Origin: Podarcis erhardii
Taxonomy: Eukaryota
Assembly: GCA_964252035.1 (NCBI GenBank)
Contig: OZ176204.1
Direction: 5' to 3' (one strand)
Length of the DNA stretch: 64,000 nucleotides
Made by a program: the position numbers and the translations under genes. Shown here one piece after another: positions 38,001 to 47,060 of this stretch (the stretch's first letter is position 1; every line of letters begins with the position of its first letter). The notes below the pieces were generated by a model. That model made no database searches. It had not been told where the DNA came from and was given only the letters and a program-made list of their open reading frames with translations.

Positions 38001-38075
38001 AATCATAGAAGGGAGGGAGGGGACAGAATATCCATAATTAAGGTTGCAGTTCTAGCAGGCTCACTAGAGAGAAAG
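35050..38075 (-). mobile_element. Decayed DIRS-type (tyrosine recombinase) retrotransposon; ends approximate
   Basis: In minus-strand order: ITTDHWILNTISHGYMIE and AIEPVP (RT start), YLNKQGITKS...LTLEHIFG (RNase H), FPSWDLHKVLSTLQKLPFEPL, FLIAITLA*WVSEL, TAHSTR (35339-35353), ICKTATW...MHY...AFGRSTLQ (tyrosine recombinase). Confidence 0.88.
35748..35959. mobile_element. Family A MITE nested in the DIRS recombinase
   Basis: TA-CAGTGTTACC ... GGTTCCACTG-TA, same body as the 61933 and 62772 copies. Confidence 0.9.
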
Positions 38076-38740
38076 CCACACTGAATATACTTCTGAATCT
38101 AAGGCTATTAACTGTGAAACAACACTGTTTGTCAACAGGTAACAACATATTTCAAAGCTTAAGGGTACTGAGAAGAGAAAACACAGAACTGGATCAAATA
38201 ACGTTTCAAATCCAACTAAGAACAGACCCAGGTATATTACGTTTTGAAGTTATTAAAAATGAAAAAGTAAATAGTCGCTCAGTCAACATTATTACACACA
38301 TACGTCAAAGTCTAAAGTATTCTAACGAGGAACGTAGCTTATACCCCTAGCATGTTCATTTCACTTGGTTTAAGTTACTTGGCGTGGAGGTCGGTGTTTG
38401 GCCATGATTTCCCAGGATGAAAAGGAAAAAGAAAAAGATCTGTGGCTTTGCCTCAAACTAATTGACTGGACTTCCTGAGGAGAAGGAGCAGTGAAAGGGC
38501 ACCTGCATTCCATGTCTGACCCCAAGCCAGCAATGGTGTTTATGGAAAAGTTCAGATACAACAAAGACATCCAGCCAACAGAGTCTACAGCTATGTAATT
38601 TGAAGTTTTAAAAGGGACTGACTTCAAAGTACTAAAGTGGTGTTCTGGAATACAATCTTCTGAGAACTTGTTTATTGAGAAATTTTTTACTAGAATAGCA
38701 AATAACAGTGTCAACAATCTTTCTATAAGACACTAAGACA

Positions 38741-38771
38741 CACTCACTCACTCACACACACACACACACAC
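38741..38771. repeat. (CTCA)n(CA)n microsatellite
   Basis: Directly visible tandem repeat. Confidence 0.9.
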
Positions 38772-38892
38772 ATTTCTATTATAAAAATAAGTTTAATTTA
38801 GTGTCCGTTTTCAGGATCCTTCAAATAACTTTTAATTGTTGGCTACATAGTTTCTAAACCAAAGTCCCTCGAGTACAAGACAGCTTACAATA
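38772..38892 (-). other. Candidate intronic alternative terminal exon of GIGYF2
   Basis: Acceptor TTTTCTTTCTCTCTTTCACAG, in-frame TAA at 38885-38887, ATTAAA at 38831-38836 and 38792-38797, then a (TG)n tract. Confidence 0.35.
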
Positions 38893-39459
38893 CTGTGAAA
38901 GAGAGAAAGAAAATCACTGCACAACCTTGAATAATGACCACACACAAAGTGACTTAAGGAATCATTGGTCATCATTTTTAGGGTACAGGCAGACTAAAAC
39001 GTAATCATATTTCATTTTAGTTTTGACCATCTCTGTCTCTAAACAACTTACCAGAATTTTCCCATGCACAAATGCTTTTTCCTCCAAGAATTATGCTGTT
39101 TTCCTTACTGAAAGCTGAATTTGCACAATTGTATCCATACACATCAGTCTTCCTACCAAAATATTGCACTTCAATAGTCATGCCAACTATCCAATTCCTT
39201 TCACACAAACAAGTGCAACATTTCATGGACAGTATGTCTCACATGCGTTTAAGTTTGCTCTATAGTTCTGCATATGCCACTAACCTTTACAGATATGGCA
39301 GAACAGCTTCTTACCTGCATTGTAATATTACCATTCGCCACTCCAATCTTCACCGAAAACTGCATTTCTGAGGCAGTTTAAAGGGGCGTATCAGGAACAC
39401 ACATACTTCTAATATACGGTGAATCCAGTTTTTATTTTAAGATGTTAGCACAGTAATAG

Positions 39460-39550
39460 TAATAATAATTTATTATCTGTACCCCGCCCATCTGGCTGGG
39501 TTTCCCAAGCCACTCTGGGCAGCTTCCAACAAAGATTAAAAATACATTAG
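39460..39550 (-). mobile_element. L2 3' tail fragment
   Basis: Reverse complement of the tail seen at 1820-1890. Confidence 0.7.
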
Positions 39551-40283
39551 AAGTATAAAAGTATTTGTATATCATTATCTGTTAATGTTTCTTATAGTAA
39601 AAAGAAAAGGCACCATGCTATACTGAGTGAAAAGTGTCCCCTTGTCCCCATACCCATGAAGGTCACAAATGAATGTTTCAATTTTAAGGTGCTGTGCCTC
39701 AACATGTATTACAAGGTTCTCTGCTAATGAAATGAAGAATTAATGTTTTGTATTTTGTGGAGAGTTTTTTTTAAAGAAAAAACATGAGGGAGATTTTAGT
39801 TTCTAAGTAGCATTATATTGGTCTACATTAATAATTTTCACAGCAGGTCTTCAGTACTTTTACTGCAAACAATCACAGCCTTTGTTTCTCAGATCCTCTT
39901 AGGTCTGACGTTCGATCAAAGTCCTCACATCAGCAGCTAAGGAAAAATGTGAAATGCTGAACTGCACTACAAAGCTACCCTCACAGATCATGCAAGTGAT
40001 TCTGAAAGGTAGACATTATGGGCCTCTTTTCGGCTCATTTTTATTAGTCAGCTGTTACATTTAAATCTAATTTGACACAGCATAATGTAAACATCTCTTT
40101 TTGGTCATAACCATGTTACATGCAGCAATATCCTACATAATATTATTTGACGTAATTTAAATACAATCCTATGAGCAATGCTGACTTAGCAGTAGAGGCA
40201 AAATAAGAGACGCAGTAAAGTTACAGGTCTTGCATCTAAAATTAGGTTGCAACTATGTAAACTATGTAAAACTAATTAGCAAC

Positions 40284-40332
40284 CTTGATCTCTAGGATAC
40301 CGATATCCTGTGTACCACATGGTACAAAAAAC
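40284..40332 (-). other. Candidate alternative GIGYF2 exon with ATG (MWYTGYRYPRDQ)
   Basis: Long pyrimidine tract plus TAG acceptor; ACCATG at 40320; phase-1 end at AAG/GTTGCT. Confidence 0.35.
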
Positions 40333-41686
40333 CTAAAAAGAGAAAAGTGAAACAGAAAGCACACCTTCACCTCAAACTGCCTGGTTTTGGTTAAAATAAA
40401 ATATCAAAGAAATTGTGAACTCTAAATAGCTACCACAAGAAAACTTGAATGGAAAACAGTCCTGAGGAATTTCATTCCTTTGAACCTCCAAGTAAAACCT
40501 TTAAGTAAGATTATGCAAACCTAAAAACTCCATCCTGATTAAGATAAAAAATGCACCCCTTTCTCCAAGTAAGTTCGTGTGGATTTCTCCACAGCTGCTA
40601 GGGTATGTGTTGGGGAAAGAAAGCTTGAACAAATCAGCATTCTTTTCCACATGACCACAGCTAATTGGCCCCCCTGCAGACTGAATGACCAATCACATCA
40701 GCTTCATATGAAAGCCAACCCCCCACATTATAAACTGTGGTATGAGACCCGAAAGCCCATTTTGAACAAACATCCTTCCAAACTAGTTGTCAAAAGATTT
40801 TTTTTTCTTCCTTGGGATCACTATATACAGATACAAGATAGTTTGGTTCGTTTTCAATATCCAGGACATCCGCCTTCCTCCCTTTCCCTGCCAGGTAGAT
40901 AAATACTACAATTACACTGGTAAGTACATGATGCTAACATAGCATCAGTTTTTTACATTAATATTTCCTGCTTTGTGGTTTTAGACTTTCAAAAACAAAA
41001 ATGGAGTTTTGGAGGATTTAGATAGACCTGTTTTGAAAAATATCAATTGAAATACCAACTTCAAATATTGGAAGACTTTCTCAAAGGAGATTGTTTTCCA
41101 AATGAATATTGCCCAGTGACAACTTCCAGAACCAATTTCCATAAGGAACAGTTCTGTATAGGAGATCCCTGGAAGTAACTTCAGCATCTTGCATGGCTCT
41201 TTAGCTTTTAATAAAAGGCATGAAGCAGACCTTAGCTGTGCAATTCTAAAAGAGTATTTCTTCAAAAAGGTAACCATCCTGCGACCAGTCAGATATTGAA
41301 GACTGAGTGTGTACTTATTCCTGGAGGTGTAGTTGTTGTTTTTAACAGTAATGTAGATGACTAGAGTTTTAAATTCAATTCCAGGTTCCAGAAATATCTC
41401 ATCTTTCTATTTAAAAGTTCTGAAAAAATATGTTACTGCTTTAACTTATATAAAGCATGACTGATAGATGGTAAGTAATTTGCTAGCAATTTGTGTAGCA
41501 GTGTAAAGAAACTTCCACTCAAATTCAATTATTTAAAAAATCATTTGAGTGATTCTTTTGATTAGACACAGAGGTTTTCTGGTTGCTCACCACAGAATAT
41601 CCATTTGAATAGAAATTAAATGTTATGTCATAAAGCAAATTTAAATTTTATTTACAGATAGGTAGCCGTGTTGGGTTGCCATAGTC

Positions 41687-41860
41687 AAAACAAAATAAAA
41701 AAATTCCTTCCAGTAGCACCTTAAAGACCAACTAAGTTAGTTCTTGGTATGAGCTTTCGTGTGTATCTGAAGAAGTGTGCATGCACACGAAAGCTCATAC
41801 CAAGAACTAACTTAGTTGGTCTTTAAGGTGCTACTGGAAGGAATTTTTTTATTTTGTTTT
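41687..41860. repeat. Perfect 77-bp inverted repeat with 20-nt spacer, Penelope-like terminal sequence
   Basis: 41687-41763 is the exact reverse complement of 41784-41860. Contains GTAGCACCTTAAAGACCAAC and CTGAAGAAG...CACGAAAGCTCA, motifs typical of vertebrate Penelope termini. Confidence 0.9.
41763..41800 (+). ncRNA. Minimal type I hammerhead ribozyme motif (Penelope-associated)
   Basis: GTAT-CTGAAGA-A-GTGTG(CATG)CACAC-GAAA-GC-TC/ATAC: core boxes, stem II hairpin, palindromic AGCU helix III and a 4-bp stem I. Activity untested. Confidence 0.65.
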
Positions 41861-42253
41861 AAATTTTATTGGTTTCTAACCATATAAACAAACGTTTCGA
41901 ACAAGTTTCTTCATTTGTCTTACACAATGTCAGTGTTTAAGAAACACCTGATTGCTACCTATATTAAGATTACTCGTTTGCCCAAAGCTATTTTATCTCC
42001 TACACATGGAAGATCCTATTTAAGGGGACAAATGATTGTTGTGAAGAATTAGGATATTTCATGCATGGTAATGTTATCTGGGGAATAGTTTTAAACTTCC
42101 AGGGAAAATTATAGTCTATTCAATGAAAAAAAATCAGTACATAATAAAGTGTGAAAGGGATACCATTTTTATTTCACTGATACTATTCAAATGTATCACA
42201 TTTGTGTTTTAAATCCAAAGGCACATGTATCAACCTATTCAGGTGTAACATAC

Positions 42254-42405
42254 CTTCACTTATTTCTTCACTTTGTAGCTCGGTTACACTTAACCCTTCA
42301 CTATTTTTGCCAATACTCATTTTGAGGCGCGAGACAAATTACAAGATCACACGCAAACTCCTGCACACTCCATGTATAGAAGTTAACAAGACTGCCGTTG
42401 GATAC
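42254..42405 (-). other. Candidate alternative GIGYF2 exon with ATG (MSIGKNSEGLSVTELQSEEISE)
   Basis: C-tract plus TTGCAG acceptor; AAAATG at 42320; phase-1 end at GAAG/GTATGT; locally CpG-enriched. Confidence 0.35.
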
Positions 42406-42770
42406 CTGCAATGGGGGGGGGGGGCATTACCTGAGAGCAGCAGCGTAGCTTAGAGGTCGCAAGGCACACACATAACTATACACCATGCTTTCAACATTTG
42501 CTACCTGCCTAATGACAGACCTGCTATATTGGCGCAAGTACACACACTCAACACTCCCTGCAAGCTTTAAGAAGAGTTTGAACAGGAACCTGTTCTTGGG
42601 GAGCACTATGGCAAAACTGCATGACATCAGAAATGATGGAGGGTGGGTGGCAGTGGGCATTACCCCTTTGGTTGCTTCCTTGAAACAACTGTTACTTGCT
42701 CTAGGGCAGCCTCCCCCAACCTGGCTTCCCAGTATGCTGTTGGTTGCAGCCATGCAGCTCACCATTTGAC

Positions 42771-42909
42771 TAGAGCAACCTTCCCCAACCTGGTGCTCTC
42801 CAGATGTTTTGGACTGCTACGTCTGTCAGCCCTAGCTGGCACTGCTATGGCTGATGTAAGGGGTGGTCCAGAGCATCTAGAGGGCACAACGTTGGGGAAG
42901 TCTGCTCTA
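42771..42909. mobile_element. hAT-like palindromic MITE
   Basis: TAGAGCAACCTTCCCCAAC...CCAGATG / CATCTAGAGGGCAC..GTTGGGGAAGTCTGCTCTA inverted ends. Confidence 0.7.
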
Positions 42910-43299
42910 AGCAAATGGCAAACTGCACAGCTGCAATGAGCAGCACCTAACGCTGTTTCTTCAGACTAGTGCAGCATGTTATCTTTTACAAATTCTAAGT
43001 GATATAATCTATGGCTTTAAACTTTTGCAAGCGAATTCAATTTCAAAGCCTTTATATTAATACTCTGTTAGAACATCTATGGAGAGAATGACTATGATAT
43101 TCAGCAGTAGTTTTAGAATACCTTATTCACATCAAATGGCAATATTTTCTAGAGGAATTAATGCACTATTCACTGTTACAAACAAGTACCAAAGTAAATT
43201 TTCTGAAGTGAGCTGGATGTCAAAACTACTACAGATTTTATAAGCAATCTGACTTAAATTGAAGGTGTCATTATTACAATGACTATCAATTAGGAGAAT

Positions 43300-43326
43300 A
43301 TCTATCTATCTATCTATCTATCTATC
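43300..43326. repeat. (TATC)n microsatellite
   Basis: Directly visible tandem repeat. Confidence 0.9.
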
Positions 43327-45339
43327 ATGGGATGTTAAACTTATATAACAAATATATAATTTAAAATATATACTTAAATGCTAAAGAAAGCGTATCTACT
43401 TTGCAAAAATGTAGTGTGGAAAATTTAAATACCTTTGATTATTGCTGATTTATATTGTACCCACCCTTCACCCTTAGGTCCCAGGGTGGGTTACAGTAGT
43501 AAAACACAAATGTAATAACAATTGCCAAATATCACTTTTAGGCAATGTTTTGTTGGTATTAAGAGTCACGTGAAAAAATTTAATTGAATAGGAGAGTCCT
43601 TGAATCTTTGCATACATCTATGTCTTAACTGCTCTTGTAACAAAGCAGAGAAAGCCAAAGGGACTAAAATTCTGCAACAATGAAATACATTTTTGCTCAG
43701 TTATACAAATGAATAAATATTTTCAATTTACACATTTAAACTCCATATCCAAGTGCTTGGAAAACTTGCATTTTCTATAAATGGTTTGCAGTAAGGGGAG
43801 GGGGGAGTAGTAAACGGTAGGCAACAGAGTGTATAGGTCAAAGAAAAGTGACCAGAAGCCATGAAGTTGGTGAATGCAGTCAAGTGGAACACAGAAGCTC
43901 TATGTCCATAAATATCTGATGTCTTGTATAGATACTATCAACCTGTTTTCAAACCCATCTTCATGAACTCAAGCACTAAAGCAAGGGTAGCCAACTGGGT
44001 GCCTGACCACCAGAAGTTGTTTGACTACCGCTTTAATGAAGCCTAGCCAACATAGCAAATACTTAGGGGAGATAGGAGCTGTAGACCAACTGCATCTGGA
44101 GGGCATTACATTGGTTACCACTGGACAAGAGGAGTTATTTTCTAATTGTTAATTAGAAGTTGAGATTCTCAAAAATTTTCACCAAATGCAGAAGCCTATG
44201 AACTATGTATAGAACTTGAAAGGGTGTGTGTGTCTTATTTTTAGAGTAAGCAAAAAAAAAAAAAAAAGTAAGTATCCTTTAATAGGCACATATGGAAGTA
44301 TAATGGTTTGCTAAGCTGAAAGTATAGTGCAGAAGTCTTTGTGAAAAAAGTTTTATTTTTAACTCACTGAGTTCTGGATACGTTTGCTGGAGAAAGCATC
44401 ACAGCTCTACAGCTGCACACTTGAGAAGTCATAACTCCAGGTATAGCCAATGTATTAAAGTTAGGAATACTTATATAATTCTCGCCACTATAATTTCTCC
44501 CCAGATTCAGTGATTCTAAATATTTAAACAAGGTTATAGAGAGAAAGCAATGAATTAGTAATCCACTATTCTTCATTTGTTGATTGCTGAACTTTGTTCA
44601 AACCACTGCACACGTACAGCTTGTAGAATTTTCAATTTTTTAAAAAAACAACATTAACTTGTAGGGTCTATCAATTTGCACATAAACACTTCAAAATTAA
44701 TATTAGAAATTCTCTTAAATGTCTAAAGCAGAGTATGGGGCAGAGCAAACCCACTAAACAATAACGTTAAGAAAAAGGGGAAATCCAGTCATACTTTATT
44801 CTAAGTCCTCTTTGTAGCATTTACACAACTATTGCCTTTAAGTAGTTGATTATGCCTATAAATTTCTGAGCACAACATGGTTGCATTCTTGGGAAGACAG
44901 AACTCCACATGTTTCAGAACTACAAGTATCCAAACTGGTTGAAATACTCCACTATAAAGATACTGAAGTCATAGTTGATTATTTCATTGCTATATCTATG
45001 AAGTAAGTGGCAGAGACAAAAATGGAAAATTCCATGCTAGAGATTATTAGGAAAGATATTGCATATAAAATGGTCAGAATGGTCCTTTATAAATCTACAC
45101 TGCAGACACATTTGAAGAACTCTACAGTTTTGGTTACCCCATCTAAAAAAGGGTACTAGAACTAGAAAATATGCAGAACTGGGGAACAAAATGATACATA
45201 ACGGAAGCACTTTTCCTGTAAAGACAAGTTAAAGCATTTTGAGATAGTAAAAACAGGACAGGGCTATTCAAAGCCATTTCCTTTAAAAACAACCAGTTCC
45301 CCAAAGCCTGTTGGAATAAAACAGTATTTGCCTGCTGGC

Positions 45340-45625
45340 ATAAAAACAACTCCTTTCTCTAGGAAAGGAGTTCCAAAATTTCGGAGCAGCTACCAAGAAG
45401 GCCCTCTCCCATACAGTCCTTCAGATAACCTGAGCTAAGCTGTATAAGGGCTTTGTAGGTCATAAATAGGACTTTGAATTGTGCCTGGAAAAAGACTGGT
45501 GTAGCCAGTGGAGCTATTGTAACAAGTAAGGTTTATGCTCCCTGGCGTACAGCTCTTTAGGCCAGTCAGTTTCTGAGCACTTTTCGAAAGGCAGCCCCAC
45601 ATAGAGCACGTTACAGTAAACTATA
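45340..45625 (-). mobile_element. L2 ORF2 fragment
   Basis: Minus strand reads YCNVLYVGLP, the L2 DYCNALYxGLP motif. Confidence 0.65.
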
Positions 45626-47039
45626 CAGGATGTAATGAAGGTGTGTTAAGTTTATATAAAACAATGTTCCAAAACAGACAGCTCTTGCAGCTTTTGCATA
45701 TGACTACCTCCTGGAAACAATAAATAAAAAGGAATGTTTGAAGAGTAACAAGTCAACTGTTTTTCTTGTCTGTGGAGGTGTATTAGCAGGATATAGTCCT
45801 TTTTCCAACTTTCCCAGTAGATAATCCTTTGAACACTAGAAGTGCCTTGTCCCTGTCTTTACCTAGTGCACTGAAATCCAAGCCCAACAAGGCAAATAGC
45901 AATTTTTGTGTGCTTCAATTGTAGTTGATCAGGTACGTAGTGGAACTCTTAGCTCAAAAGTGCATTCCGCATACAAAATGAACATGGGTCAGGCAGAATA
46001 TCACTATTTTAGTATTAATTATTATGCATTATTATTATTTAGATTTCTTAAACATTCTTCACTATAAAGTCCCAAGGTGGGTTACAGCAATGTAAAAATA
46101 CAATATTAAAATCAGTTTTACAAAATTACAAGCAAAAGAACAGGGTGGGTCCTAAAAACACCTCAGTTGTCAAAGGCCAAGGTAAAGAGGTATGCTTTCA
46201 ATGTATAATGAAACCTATATAATGAAGATGTTGGATGCCAAGTTAAGGTTACTTTCATTCAGCTGTTAACAAAGATTACTATTAACAAGATTTTAAAGTC
46301 CAGAATTCTTACACAGGGCCCAATTATGCTGTTCCTTCCTTTATTTTTTTAAAAAATGTGTTTTATTTACCATATTGCTAGTTATAAAAACAGAAACACT
46401 TAAATATGCAAAATATAAATAAATAACTACCAAATCTTAAAAAATAAATTCTCACAAAAGGCAATTTAGTGCCTATGGTAGGTTTAATACTTACAGCAAA
46501 TACCAAGCATCACCTTCCAACAAACCATGTATAAAGTAGCATCTTTGTTTAAAAAGTTGAAACTGTCAGCATTACTATCACAGTAGGATAAAGAATCAAT
46601 TCATAGGTCTGTATTTCAAAAAATTGTTATTTTTGATGCAGTCCCTACCTCCTCTAATGAGGTAGGGACATATGCAGGCAGCTTAGCAGGCTGTTACATG
46701 GAATACAAGGCATGTGTACACCTGCCACATCACAGTCACACTCAACCCTTCTACTAGATCAAAGGAGTTCACGCTATTCCTCTGGTGATCGCTCTGGGCA
46801 CCACACATGCAGTGGACTGGCATGAACCCATAAAATAAACTTGCATGTTTAGCATGACATTAGGATTGTTTGCTTTCATTTCAAAATGGTATTTTTCTCA
46901 TCATTTTCTTAAGAAAAGTTCTACTTCTGACAGAGTCAAAAGTCATGTTCAAAGAGTCTCTTTTAAAATTTCAAATGCCAATTTTATAATTATTTTCTAC
47001 CAGGGAACAGTTCAAAATGAATACTTTGATGAACTCTAA

Positions 47040-47060
47040 GGTAAAGGTAAAGGGACCCCT
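47040..47060 (-). mobile_element. Sauria-SINE-like 3' tail stub
   Basis: GGTAAAGGTAAAGGGACCCCT is the reverse complement of the (ACCTTT)n-tailed 3' end of squamate Sauria SINEs; only 21 bp. Confidence 0.45.

Noticed and set aside
40365-40421. 57-nt exon-like segment (TTTAG acceptor, AAG/GTGTGC donor)
   Set aside because: Stops in all three frames, and its donor lies only 32 nt from the 40332 acceptor, inside that acceptor's pyrimidine tract.
42427-42939. Overlapping 94-112 aa ORFs
   Set aside because: They span MITE sequence and resemble no protein family I recognise.
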